A stretch of DNA of 64,000 nt from Bryobacterales bacterium (GTDB taxonomy: Bacteria; Acidobacteriota; Terriglobia; Bryobacterales; UBA6623). Position numbers and translations under genes: made by a program. The notes below the pieces were generated by a model. That model made no database searches and was not told the DNA's origin. It saw only the letters and a program-made list of their open reading frames with translations. This document shows, piece by piece, positions 8,150-17,933 of the stretch (within the stretch, counting starts at the first letter, position 1; each line of letters starts with the position of its first letter). The DNA lies in assembly GCA_965226385.1 (NCBI GenBank), contig OZ245359.1:1375854-1439853 (forward strand). The letters run 5' to 3'.

Positions 8150-9805
8150 ATGAACGATATTTCCCTGAACGAGAGTTCACAAGAGCCAACTCCGACTCGC
8201 GTACGAGAAGTGTTGCGATTGGGTGCAAAAGTTTCTAAGTCTGCCAGGGCTCGCAAGATCATACTGGATTGGCTGGAAGAGCGTAGTAGTCAAAAACTAC
8301 CCACAGCAGCCATTGACGGTGAAGGGTTTAACCAGGAAAAAGACGGCTTCCATTTCGCTGCCATCCAGATCAAGGGTGATAATTCAAATACTTGGGCCTT
8401 GCGGTATATAGAGCCAGAAGAAGATTCACCCGACACCATCTGGATTTATGAGATTGCCATCCGGGAACAGTCTGAAGGCGAGACCACATTCAGTCTGCGT
8501 ACCCTGATCAAGTCCTGCGAGAATAAACTGCGTCTTCAACCCGAAGTACCCAGCCTCGTGGATGACCTGATCAGTGAGTGCGGCTTGAAGCAAGGCTCTG
8601 AGGAAGTGGAAACTGGACCTTGGGTCGTGGATTCCGATGATGCCGTCGAGAACCTGATCGAATACCTAACCAGTCCCAAGCGACAGATACCTGCAATCGT
8701 GATCACTGTCCCAGAAGAATCCGAGGATCCGGAATCAACCTTGCTCGACCCCGTGCCACTCGCAGAGTCCACCATCGGAATTGCTAAGGTCATCGTGCTT
8801 CCCGCCAATCACACCTGGAAGCTGACCAACCGCTTCGGAAAACGGTTATCAGTCTACAGGGGTGCAGTTCGCCTTTACCTGCCTGGATTCAAGGTAGAGG
8901 AGGATTCGGAAACCGGACACAACCTGTTCCTTGCAGCTCGCATGGAAACCCCTGAAAATGCCAGAACAGTCGAGTCGTTGCTGCGTTGGCTGGTTGCTCG
9001 CGAGAGCCTCAAGCAATTTGATCTCGGCAAGGATATCATTTCCTTTGCTTCTGTCCTGCTCCAGTCTGTTGAGCAACAGCAGGGCCTACTTGAGAAAAAG
9101 GGATCCAGCAACGAGTTGGTTGCTGCTGCCAAGGAACTTATTCCATTGCTGAGCGAGGAGCTGAGCCAATCGATATACATACAGCAGGGGCTAGAGCACG
9201 AACATTCTATGGCTGAAGAGCGGGCTAAATCCTTCGAAGCAAAGTGGAAAGCTTCGCAGTTTCGCTCACAGCGATTCCAGCGACCAACGGAGAGTGGTTC
9301 CCGTTCATACCAAGGGGGGTACAACAAGCCAAGTGGCTCTTATGGAGACGACAGACGTGACGACAGACGTGACGACAGACGTGACGACAGACGTGACGAC
9401 AGACGTGACGACAGACGTGACGACAGACGTGACGACAGACGTGATGACAGACGTGATGACAGACCACCTCGTGGCTCTTATGGAGAAAACAGACCACCTC
9501 GTGGCCCCTATCGTGGAGACGGTGGGGGCAGACCCCGATCCTCCTTTGACAACGACAGGCCACAGTACTCCCAAGGAAATGACCGTAGACGGTTTGATCG
9601 TAGTGATCGGGAAGGCGGCGGCAATCGTGGGCCTCGGGACTTTGAAGGCGGCAGGAGACGGCCGCCATCATCCGGTGACGGTAGCGGCGGTGGGCGTCGA
9701 AAGTTTGATGATGGACCTCGCAATCGTGAGAGGGACATACCTAAGCCGCAATACAACCGCAAGCGCTTTGCCCCAGATTTCGAGCAAGAAGACTTAGATG
9801 AATAG
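8150..9805 (+). CDS. Hypothetical protein: globular N-terminal region, coiled coil, and an Arg/Asp/Gly-rich low-complexity C-terminal tail
   Basis: 551-aa ORF. About 370 aa look folded (PAIVIT...GIAKVIVLP...SVYRGAVRLYLPG), followed by about 175 aa of (DDRR)n and RG/RD-rich sequence. Confidence 0.85.
   Translation: MNDISLNESSQEPTPTRVREVLRLGAKVSKSARARKIILDWLEERSSQKLPTAAIDGEGFNQEKDGFHFAAIQIKGDNSNTWALRYIEPEEDSPDTIWIYEIAIREQSEGETTFSLRTLIKSCENKLRLQPEVPSLVDDLISECGLKQGSEEVETGPWVVDSDDAVENLIEYLTSPKRQIPAIVITVPEESEDPESTLLDPVPLAESTIGIAKVIVLPANHTWKLTNRFGKRLSVYRGAVRLYLPGFKVEEDSETGHNLFLAARMETPENARTVESLLRWLVARESLKQFDLGKDIISFASVLLQSVEQQQGLLEKKGSSNELVAAAKELIPLLSEELSQSIYIQQGLEHEHSMAEERAKSFEAKWKASQFRSQRFQRPTESGSRSYQGGYNKPSGSYGDDRRDDRRDDRRDDRRDDRRDDRRDDRRDDRRDDRRDDRPPRGSYGENRPPRGPYRGDGGGRPRSSFDNDRPQYSQGNDRRRFDRSDREGGGNRGPRDFEGGRRRPPSSGDGSGGGRRKFDDGPRNRERDIPKPQYNRKRFAPDFEQEDLDE
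9347..9463 (+). repeat. 12-bp coding tandem repeat (GACGACAGACGT)n encoding DDRR
   Basis: Eight perfect GACGACAGACGT units, one GATGACAGACGT and a partial tenth unit. Flanked by duplicated GTGGCTCTTATGGAGA at 9333-9348 and 9471-9486. Confidence 0.98.
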
Positions 9806-9869
9806 CTTTAGTCACACTCCCTGCGACTGCAACAATCGTTGAAGCACAGCTCATCAAGCACACAAACCC

Positions 9870-10664
9870 ATGCCCTCAAGCCTGCCAGATGACTTAAGTG
9901 GCAAGACAGCCCTTGTAACTGGTGGATCCCGTGGTATTGGACGGGCAATCTGCCTGCAACTCGCTTCCCGTGGGGCCAATATCGCTGTGAATTACTTTCA
10001 GCAGACTGCTGCCGCAGAGGAAGTCGCCACGGCTGTCCGCTCTGAAGGCTGTTCTGCACTTGCAGTCCAAGCCGATGTCGCAGTCAAGTCGAGCGTACAA
10101 GCGATGATCGAGGCCATCACCAGGCAGTTGGGTGGGATTGACATTCTTGTCAACAACGCCGGCTTGCTCTATACCGGGCAGCTGCTTGATTACAAGCAAT
10201 CAGAATTCGAGAGCATGTGGCATACCAACGTCAACGGTGTGTTGCACTGTACTGCAGCAGTTGCTCCAGGCATGATTGAGCGCGGTTGGGGGCGTGTCGT
10301 GAACCTCTCCTCAAATGCAGCAATTGGCACAGCCATGGCCGGTACAACTCTCTATGCAGCTACGAAGGGAGCTGTCCTGACACTCACAAAGCGAATGGCA
10401 TTTGAGCTGTCTCCGCACGGAATCACTGTAAATGCAGTTTTGCCCGGGTTCACTAAAACTGACATGGTCTTGTCAGACAAGACCCGGGATGAAATCGATC
10501 AAATCCTGCAAGCCGTTTCAGCAAAGTCCCTGTTGGGCAGGACGGGCAATCCGGAAGATATCGCTGCTGTTGTCGGATTTCTTTGCTCACCGGCCAACAG
10601 CTTCATGACCGGACAGTTCTTGCTTGCCGATGGTGGTCGACAGGACTACCTGACCCACACCTGA
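9870..10664 (+). CDS. Short-chain dehydrogenase/reductase (FabG-like SDR)
   Basis: TGGSRGIG, NNAG, YAATK (YxxxK), VNAVLPG. Confidence 0.93.
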   Translation: MPSSLPDDLSGKTALVTGGSRGIGRAICLQLASRGANIAVNYFQQTAAAEEVATAVRSEGCSALAVQADVAVKSSVQAMIEAITRQLGGIDILVNNAGLLYTGQLLDYKQSEFESMWHTNVNGVLHCTAAVAPGMIERGWGRVVNLSSNAAIGTAMAGTTLYAATKGAVLTLTKRMAFELSPHGITVNAVLPGFTKTDMVLSDKTRDEIDQILQAVSAKSLLGRTGNPEDIAAVVGFLCSPANSFMTGQFLLADGGRQDYLTHT

Positions 10665-10711
10665 GATCAACTGCACTGCTTGATCAGTGTACCGTTTACA
10701 GGTTGTTACCC

Positions 10712-12118
10712 CTATGATCGATTTACGCGATACGGATAGCGATCCTCCGCCTTGCGTAAGTAATCCAGTACTTCTCTATCCAACTCATGCATCAGTTGCA
10801 AACGTGATAAATCATCAGCAAGATTGTGTTGCTGGTACGGGTCTTCCTGGTTGTCATACAGGCACCAGCGACCAATCTCACCACAGGCGTAGGTATATCG
10901 TTTCGTGCGGATTCCACGGAATAACGGAGCAGGATGATTGATCCCGTGGCTGGCGTAATTCTTGGCTATATGCATCAGGAACTGATGTTCCGGGCCATCG
11001 TTAGACTCACCTCTCGCAACACCGGACAAATCCTGCCCCTCGCAACTTTCAGGAACTGGAAGTCCTGCCATACCGCAAAGGGTGGGGTAAATATCAATTG
11101 CTCCAAGCATTACATCTGACTCTTGACCGGCTTTGATCCCCGGTCCCCGCACAATAAATGGCACATTGCAGGACTCTTGATATGGCAATCTCTTTCCGGT
11201 GCGATGATGTGCCCCAAGCATTTCCCCATGATCAGAGGTGTAAACGATAACAGTATTATCAGCCTGCCCGGTCTCATCCAGAGACTTCAATAGTCTGGCC
11301 ATTTCGATATCAATGCCCTCGATATGCGCGTTATAGCCCGCAAGGTCATAACGGGTTCCCCGGCTATTGCCTATAGCTCCACCGCGGGGCACTCTCTCAA
11401 CCGTATTCGGCCGCAATTGCAGGTCTCCCGGGATGTATTTCTTCACCAGGTCTGGAGGAGCGTCATTGAATGGCGGGTGCGGTGGATTCCAGGAAACCAC
11501 CAGCATCCAGGGTTTCTCGCGGTTGCGCTTGATGAACGAAATCGCATCATCAGTCATTAACGTGGCGTTATAACCATCAGGAATCTCTTGCCGTCCCGTC
11601 TGCTCGTTATACGTATGAGAGCGGTCATAATGCGGGTTTGTGTTGTACCAGGCTCGCCATTCCGCAAACCCATGACGTGACTCGCCGGTAGCTTTCAGGG
11701 AATACCCTTCAGTGCCTCTGGCATCAAGGTGCCACTTGCCGACATAACCAGTGTGATATCCACCATCCCGGAAGGCCTCACCGAGGCTGTATTCAGATTC
11801 CTTGAGCCGATGGGAGTTGTCTATGACACCCGTTTGGTAGGGCCAACGGCCACTCATCAGGATGCCCCGATATGGCGAGCAGACTGGATAGTTGGAGATA
11901 CAGTTCGAGAATGTTGTTCCCTGCGATGCAAGGCTTGTAAACGTGGGGGCATTGACATCGCTGTATTCCATTCCAGGCATGGAACAGGCCCGATGTTGGT
12001 CACTGAACACATAGAGAACATTCGGTTTTCTTACTGTCTGCGCCTGGACGGCTGTAGCAGTTGCCAGTCCCGTAAGAAGTTCCCGGCGTGTCGATTCCCG
12101 CTGTAACATGACCCACAT
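10712..12118 (-). CDS. Sulfatase (formylglycine-dependent) with Tat signal
   Basis: STRRELL twin-arginine motif, PNVLYVFSDQHR, CSPYR (CxPxR), GKWHL, SDHG. Confidence 0.93.
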   Translation of the reverse strand: MWVMLQRESTRRELLTGLATATAVQAQTVRKPNVLYVFSDQHRACSMPGMEYSDVNAPTFTSLASQGTTFSNCISNYPVCSPYRGILMSGRWPYQTGVIDNSHRLKESEYSLGEAFRDGGYHTGYVGKWHLDARGTEGYSLKATGESRHGFAEWRAWYNTNPHYDRSHTYNEQTGRQEIPDGYNATLMTDDAISFIKRNREKPWMLVVSWNPPHPPFNDAPPDLVKKYIPGDLQLRPNTVERVPRGGAIGNSRGTRYDLAGYNAHIEGIDIEMARLLKSLDETGQADNTVIVYTSDHGEMLGAHHRTGKRLPYQESCNVPFIVRGPGIKAGQESDVMLGAIDIYPTLCGMAGLPVPESCEGQDLSGVARGESNDGPEHQFLMHIAKNYASHGINHPAPLFRGIRTKRYTYACGEIGRWCLYDNQEDPYQQHNLADDLSRLQLMHELDREVLDYLRKAEDRYPYRVNRS

Positions 12119-12199
12119 TCTAGCAATGGATCTGTTGGCACCTACACCCTGGGAGCAAGCATTTTCATGCCATGCTTAAATCTGGAAACAGGACTTTTC

Positions 12200-13018
12200 A
12201 TGCCGACCAGGGAAAGCGAGGCACTGATCCTTCGCAGTTATCCGTATCAGGAAGCTGGGCTGATTGTGGTCTTCATGACCCGCGACAGGGGCAAGCTTCG
12301 CGGTGTGGCACGAGGTGTTCGTGGTCTAAAGAGTACTTATGGAGCATCCCTGGAGCGGCTTTCACACTCGCACATGCATTATGAGCAGAAGGACAGCCAG
12401 GAACTAGTCAAAATAAAACACGCCGAACTGCTGGGGTCTTCCCGGCTTTTCAAATCCGACTATACGACCACTGTCATTCTGGATGCAATCGCTGATACAG
12501 CAGACAGGTTACTGATTGATGAGGATCCCAACGAGGGATATTTCAGGCTGATGCTTCATGTTCTTGATGAGATTCAAGCTTGCATCGACAAGAAATTGCC
12601 CACAGATCAAATCGAGGAAATAGCGAAACGGGTAATGCTTTATTTCTTGATGTGGTCCATGCGGATCAACGGCTGGTTGCCACCGCTTGACTGTTGCATT
12701 GAAAGCGGCCAGAACTTCAGTGAACAACAACCAGCCTATTTCAGCCCTCAAAGAGAAGGATTGTACTGTGGCGAGTTCAGGGACCCGTACTCCAGGAAGC
12801 TGTCTTCAAGCAGCCGCAGCCTTGCAACCGCACTATTGAGCGACCGATTGGACAAGCTGGATCAATCTATCTGGCAAGTGGATGAGATGTCCGAGTTATT
12901 ATTGTTTCAACAGCTACAACTTGAGACACAGATTGAAGGGCATCTCAAGGTTGTCCGGACCTTGAAGTCCATCTGGTGCAGGGCATACACCAAGCTGCCA
13001 GGGGATAGCGCAGATTAG
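12200..13018 (+). CDS. recO: DNA repair protein RecO
   Basis: ALILRSYPYQEAGLIVVFMTRDRGKLRGVARG is the RecO N-terminal OB fold. The start is set at the second Met; the ORF track begins at 12167. Confidence 0.88.
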   Translation: MPTRESEALILRSYPYQEAGLIVVFMTRDRGKLRGVARGVRGLKSTYGASLERLSHSHMHYEQKDSQELVKIKHAELLGSSRLFKSDYTTTVILDAIADTADRLLIDEDPNEGYFRLMLHVLDEIQACIDKKLPTDQIEEIAKRVMLYFLMWSMRINGWLPPLDCCIESGQNFSEQQPAYFSPQREGLYCGEFRDPYSRKLSSSSRSLATALLSDRLDKLDQSIWQVDEMSELLLFQQLQLETQIEGHLKVVRTLKSIWCRAYTKLPGDSAD

Positions 13019-13842
13019 TGTTTGCCTGGGTGAGCGTTGTTTATTTCCAGCAGTTTGCTCTTCCGCTCGCTCATCACACCAAACACTACACTGCCGGAAC
13101 TGCCTGAATCGGTCCAAAACCGGATGACATCCCGTGTTTTCCGGACTGCTTTTCCATCAACAGAGGCAATTACATCGCCTGCACGCAAGCCAGCTTGTTC
13201 GGCCTTTGAATCACTTGCAACCGACCGCACCAGCACTCCGCTCTCTACACCAAAATATTTCGCCAGTTGACCGTCAATCTCTTCCAGTTCAACCCCAAGC
13301 ATCTTGTTATTGATGGACATCCTTATCCGGGGCAAATCAATGTTGATAGCAAAATCGATCCCATTTGCCAAGTCCCGTCCGATCTCCGATGCAATCACAT
13401 TGCAGCTCTCACAATGTTGCAGCTTGCCAGCAAATTCAAAATCTTTCTTGCCAATCTTCACAGGCACTTCGAGTAGTGTCCCGGCTCTCATGACATCCAG
13501 CATGATTTCTCTTCCAATCGGTGTCTCCTTGACCATGCGTGCAAAGTTTTCTATTCCATGGATACGGTCACCGCGATAGGCAAGTACGATATCTCCCACC
13601 TTCAGACCCGCAGCCTGAGCAGGACTGCCCTTGACAACGCTGGTGATCTCGACTCCATGCGGCTCAACCAGTCCGAGTTTGTGTGCTGCTGGTTCACTCA
13701 AATCAACAATTCCCAGACCGATGTAGCTTCCTTCTGTCGGCCACTCCCAAGCCTGTTTTTCCACTACTTGGTCCGCAAAACAGGGAACTGTCGTGAACAG
13801 CAGGATGATTAATAAGGGAACGAGCTTCATGGCATTCTTCAA
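13015..13842 (-). CDS. Exported protein with two PDZ domains and no protease domain
   Basis: Signal peptide, then YIGLGI...GSPAQAAGLKVGDIV and MLGVEL...SKAEQAGLRAGDVI. No trypsin catalytic domain. Confidence 0.88.
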   Translation of the reverse strand: MKNAMKLVPLLIILLFTTVPCFADQVVEKQAWEWPTEGSYIGLGIVDLSEPAAHKLGLVEPHGVEITSVVKGSPAQAAGLKVGDIVLAYRGDRIHGIENFARMVKETPIGREIMLDVMRAGTLLEVPVKIGKKDFEFAGKLQHCESCNVIASEIGRDLANGIDFAINIDLPRIRMSINNKMLGVELEEIDGQLAKYFGVESGVLVRSVASDSKAEQAGLRAGDVIASVDGKAVRKTRDVIRFWTDSGSSGSVVFGVMSERKSKLLEINNAHPGKH

Positions 13843-13866
13843 ATCTTCTGACAGACCAAGCTGGCC

Positions 13867-15081
13867 CTAACGCTGTTTTCTGATTTCAATGCGACCGATT
13901 TCGTTTCGAATTTGCAGCAGGGAGCCCCCACCGTTAATCTGCCCATCGGCCACAACTGAACCCGGTGCAAAGGACTCCACGCGGTGGATATTAATCGATG
14001 CAAAGTCGCTGATTATGCTACGCAAGCTGTTTGCCAGCCCAACACTGGCATCAATGGTCAGTGGTAGCAGCGCTGGTAGAGACACAATGATTGAACCACC
14101 TGTAGTCTCCAATAGTGAATTTGCAACAACTGCCCCCTTGAGGAACGAAGCCCGAATATTGCCAGCTGCACTCGAAGCAACAACCTTTCCAGCAGCCTGA
14201 TCAAGGCGGATATCACCAGCAGCCGTTTCGGCATAGATACCACCATGTGCTGCAACTGCCTCAATCGAACCACCAGCAGTCGATGCCCTGGTAACACCTC
14301 GGATATTTCCCAGGTAAATGGAACCTCCTGCAGTTGCAGCCAGAACGTTTCCGAGAGACTCCAGAATCCGGATACTGCCTCCACTGGTTTCAGCACGGAG
14401 ATCTCCTCCACTGCTTCCAACCTGGATCCCACCACCCCGTGTCATCAAGTTGGTTGGGCCACCGGATTGCTCAAGAGTAATACCTCCACCAGCAGTCTCG
14501 CAGTCTACTGAGCCACCGATTGTCCCAAGACGAACAAACCCGCCTGCTGTGATTGCCTGGACACTAGCACCAATGTCATCCATCACAATCGGACCGCCCA
14601 TGGAGCGGGCTAGAACTTCACCACTGACACCTTTTACTTCAATCAAGCCTCCCTGCGTATTGATACTCAAAAGGCGTGTCGCATTGGGAGTATCAATGAC
14701 AAGCTGCGCTTCAAATACACAGCTCTGGCAATCGGGACGCCGCAGGGAAATCAGGACCGTGCCATCTTCCTGTCGCTGGATCATGACCCCGGCGCTACTG
14801 AGTATCTGGCGAGCCCATTGCTCATCGCCTGAACCCTTTACACGCATCACTGCGTGGTACTGGATCTGGTCATGAGCGGCACCCCTGATGAAGATATTTC
14901 CTGTAGAGCGAACTAGCAGCTTCTTGGTGGCCTGTGTTGCACCGTTTCTTTCTGTTACCCAGAAACGCCCTTCCCTTCTTGGCTCAGGGTCAGACTGGCT
15001 GAACATTGGACCGGTTAGCAACAAAACAGTTACCACTGTCCAACCGATGTACTGCATTTGCCTTGTCACCGAATTGGACAT
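13867..15081 (-). CDS. DUF4097-like beta-strand-repeat exported protein
   Basis: Signal-like MQYIGWTVVTVLLLTG, then repeated T/S-x-G-G-x-I units (TAGGFV, TAGGGI, TSGGSI). The start is reset to 15081, just after the upstream gene's stop. Confidence 0.8.
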   Translation of the reverse strand: MSNSVTRQMQYIGWTVVTVLLLTGPMFSQSDPEPRREGRFWVTERNGATQATKKLLVRSTGNIFIRGAAHDQIQYHAVMRVKGSGDEQWARQILSSAGVMIQRQEDGTVLISLRRPDCQSCVFEAQLVIDTPNATRLLSINTQGGLIEVKGVSGEVLARSMGGPIVMDDIGASVQAITAGGFVRLGTIGGSVDCETAGGGITLEQSGGPTNLMTRGGGIQVGSSGGDLRAETSGGSIRILESLGNVLAATAGGSIYLGNIRGVTRASTAGGSIEAVAAHGGIYAETAAGDIRLDQAAGKVVASSAAGNIRASFLKGAVVANSLLETTGGSIIVSLPALLPLTIDASVGLANSLRSIISDFASINIHRVESFAPGSVVADGQINGGGSLLQIRNEIGRIEIRKQR

Positions 15082-15085
15082 GGAA

Positions 15086-16078
15086 CTAATAGTGCTCAAC
15101 TGAAGCCCCAAGGGCCTCAAGAATGCGCTCGCACTGCTTTTGGATAAACGGGTTGCTTTCCTGCTTAAGAATGTCCTGCAGGGCTCCGGCCATTTCCTTG
15201 CCCGGATTTTCCTGCAGGTGTTCAATGGCCAACACCCGCATACCTGCATTAGGATCCTCCCGCATGACTTGCAAAAGTGCCCTGCGGACCTCGGGTTGAT
15301 CACAGTGTTCATCCAGCACTTCGAGAGCCTTCAACCTCACCCCCAGATTCTCGTCCTCAAGCATTACCTTGAGCATCTGCTGCCGGACTTTGCTGTCAGA
15401 AGCTTGCCTGCCCAATGCTTCGAGGGAAGTCAATCGAGCCCCCGGATGTGATTCCCTGATTGTATCCAGCAACATCTCGCGAATATAGGGATCCGAAGAA
15501 TGGCCGGAAACTACCCTGCGTTCTTCAAGAACTATATTGACTTGACCGTCAGCGAGGCCATGCTGGACTGTTTGAATTTCAGAAAAGACAGATTCATTGC
15601 CCTGGTGTACAGCTTTGGCGGCAACACGAACTGCTTGTGGTGAATCCATCACTTGATAGGTGCCAGGATTGAAAGAGCGACCGATAAAGAAGCCCATTGC
15701 CACCAGGACAAGGGATATTGCCGGTTGCCAGACAAGTCCACCTGCAGTAAATCCTTTGCGCAGGAGGTCGCGGAGCCTATAGAAAAGGCCAGGAAGAGCC
15801 CCGGCCTTTATACATTGTTTTTCAACTGAAACTGATGCACTCAAATCACTTCGACAATTTTCCAGCAGAATTTCCACCTGGTCGGCTGGATTGTTGCCAC
15901 CAATCGATTCCAGAAACACCCTTTCCTGCTTGAACAACTCAGAGAAAGCTGTGTCTGTCACGCAGCTACGTTCGACTTCAAGACGCTCACGCAAGCTCAA
16001 CTCCCCGTACATGTAGAGCTGAATCTGCTGACGAGCCAGTTCACTATCGAGAGGCGGTCTATGCTCAGATGTGGACAT
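15086..16078 (-). CDS. Putative anti-sigma factor with one transmembrane helix and a periplasmic HEAT-repeat domain
   Basis: N-terminal YMYGEL...ERLEVE anti-sigma-like segment, a TM helix (AISLVLVAMGFFIG), and repeats ENLGVRLKAL and DPNAGMRVLAIE. Overlaps an ECF sigma gene. Confidence 0.75.
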   Translation of the reverse strand: MSTSEHRPPLDSELARQQIQLYMYGELSLRERLEVERSCVTDTAFSELFKQERVFLESIGGNNPADQVEILLENCRSDLSASVSVEKQCIKAGALPGLFYRLRDLLRKGFTAGGLVWQPAISLVLVAMGFFIGRSFNPGTYQVMDSPQAVRVAAKAVHQGNESVFSEIQTVQHGLADGQVNIVLEERRVVSGHSSDPYIREMLLDTIRESHPGARLTSLEALGRQASDSKVRQQMLKVMLEDENLGVRLKALEVLDEHCDQPEVRRALLQVMREDPNAGMRVLAIEHLQENPGKEMAGALQDILKQESNPFIQKQCERILEALGASVEHY

Positions 16079-16736
16079 CCTGCAGTTCCTCCCTTAGCTT
16101 GCGAGTTGCACGAAACAGGCAGTTTTTTGCAGCTTCCTCACTCATGGAGCAGGCTTCCCCAATGGCTCGAAGGCGCATGCCCTCATAATGTCTCAGAGTA
16201 AACACCATGCGTTCCTTATCGGATAGGGTGTTGATCGCCAACTCAATGCGGTTCGAGATTTCTCGACTACTACTAACTCGTTCCGGCGAACTGGTTGGCT
16301 TGTTATCGGCAGCATTGAGAAATGGCGACTGAACTGGGTTTTCGGAATTGTCGGCATAGGTTGATGGCACTTCCTTGCGAGCCTTTTTCCGTCGTAACAT
16401 GTCCAGACAAACATTGGTTGCAACCCGGTGCAGCCAAGTGTTGAAGCGGCACTGGTACTTGAAGCTGTCGAGCTTCCTGTAAACCTTCAGGAACGTTTCC
16501 TGGTAGGCATCACTAGCATCTTCCGGAGATCGCAATATCTGCAAGGCAATGCGCAAAACGGTGCGGTCGTAAAGACGCACCAAGTGTTCAAACGCCTGCT
16601 GATCACCGTGTTTAGCAGCAGTAATCAGTTGCACCTCTGCAGTGGAATCCCTGGGATTATCCAATGGCAAAGGGGCGCTTTGAACTTTTGCCATATGCAT
16701 AGCGCGTATGTCTCCTATAGCGTTACGACGTATCAA
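16065..16736 (-). CDS. ECF RNA polymerase sigma factor
   Basis: DAYQETFLKVYRKLDSF, FNTWLHRVATNVCLD; region 4 LSDKERMVFTLRHYEGM. Confidence 0.93.
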   Translation of the reverse strand: MIRRNAIGDIRAMHMAKVQSAPLPLDNPRDSTAEVQLITAAKHGDQQAFEHLVRLYDRTVLRIALQILRSPEDASDAYQETFLKVYRKLDSFKYQCRFNTWLHRVATNVCLDMLRRKKARKEVPSTYADNSENPVQSPFLNAADNKPTSSPERVSSSREISNRIELAINTLSDKERMVFTLRHYEGMRLRAIGEACSMSEEAAKNCLFRATRKLREELQDVHI

Positions 16737-16780
16737 GTAGTCGCAACGTTAGCAGACAAAATGCTTTTCTTATTGGTATC

Positions 16781-17893
16781 TCATTCGATCCAGCCGCCAC
16801 CCAGCACAACATCATCCTGGTAAAAAACGGCTGCCTGGCCCGGAGTTACTGCCCGTTGCGGTTCGTCGAAACTAACCTGCGCCTTGTCTGGTTCACCAGC
16901 AATGGGCTTCACATCACCAATTGCCGGGATCGACCGATAACGGATCTTGATGCTCGCTCGAATCGAGTTCTCAAGTGCTTTGAATCGGACCCAGTTCGAG
17001 TCCCTCACTGTAAAGCTCTTGTGGAGAAGCGATTCGGCAGGACCAACCACAACCCTGTGATCAGCGGGTTGGATCTCGGTGACATAAACCGGTTTGCCAG
17101 TCGCAATGCCAAGTCCCCGACGCTGGCCGATCGTAAATCCGTGTATCCCGTCATGTTCTCCGAGAACCTCGCCTTGCTCGGAAACGACTTGTCCACCTTC
17201 TGTTGCTCGTGGGCTGTCCTGCTGCCGGTTATAGATCTCGACAAAGGATGCATAATCCCCGTTCGGGACAAAACAAATTTCACGGCTTTCAGGCTTGGAA
17301 GCAATCCGGAGTCCAAGCTGGTCAGCCAACTGACGTACCTCGGGCTTTTGCATGTTGCCCAGCGGGAAGTGGGTATGCGCCAACTGTTCCTGCGTCAGGC
17401 CAAATAGAAAATACGACTGATCACGAGAATCATCTACACCCTTAAGTAATAGGTAGCGGCCAGAATCCTCGTCAAACTGAATCCGAGCATAATGCCCAGT
17501 CGCTATACTCTCTGCGCCGACCTGTCTGGCCGTCTCCAGGAAGCGGTCAAATTTGAGGAAATTGTTGCATAAAGTACAGGGGATAGGGGTACGTCCTGAA
17601 AGGTAATCTTCCACAAAAGGCTGAACAACCTGTCTCTCGAACTGCTCCTCGTAATTAACGACATAGTGAGGCACCCCCAGTTGATGCGCTACAGAGCGGG
17701 CATCATAGGTATCATCCAGGGAACAACACCGGCCAGAGGACCCGCCTTCCGGAATCAGTTCCGGCATGCGTTTCTGGTTCCAGAGCTGCATGGTCATGCC
17801 AACAATCGACTGGCTGCGACTATGCAACAAACCGGCAACAACGGAGGAGTCAACTCCCCCACTCATGGCCACAGCAATCAGTGAATTCGCCAC
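16781..17893 (-). CDS. mnmA: tRNA 2-thiouridine(34) synthase MnmA
   Basis: [60 protein letters not shown]. Confidence 0.98.
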   Translation of the reverse strand: MANSLIAVAMSGGVDSSVVAGLLHSRSQSIVGMTMQLWNQKRMPELIPEGGSSGRCCSLDDTYDARSVAHQLGVPHYVVNYEEQFERQVVQPFVEDYLSGRTPIPCTLCNNFLKFDRFLETARQVGAESIATGHYARIQFDEDSGRYLLLKGVDDSRDQSYFLFGLTQEQLAHTHFPLGNMQKPEVRQLADQLGLRIASKPESREICFVPNGDYASFVEIYNRQQDSPRATEGGQVVSEQGEVLGEHDGIHGFTIGQRRGLGIATGKPVYVTEIQPADHRVVVGPAESLLHKSFTVRDSNWVRFKALENSIRASIKIRYRSIPAIGDVKPIAGEPDKAQVSFDEPQRAVTPGQAAVFYQDDVVLGGGWIE

Positions 17894-17933
17894 TACTTCT
17901 CAGAGTAACGCGGTCAATCGAAGCAGCCTGCTG

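Noticed and set aside
9347-9463. Repeat array as a CRISPR
   Set aside because: The units are contiguous 12-mers with no spacers, lie in frame inside a CDS, and no cas genes are present.
12660-12790. Degenerate RecO zinc site (CIES, CGEF)
   Set aside because: Zinc-less RecO proteins are common (e.g. E. coli), so this is not remarkable.
15082-15312. 77-aa N-terminal extension of the DUF4097 ORF
   Set aside because: It overlaps the HEAT-repeat gene. The signal peptide begins only after ATG 15081.
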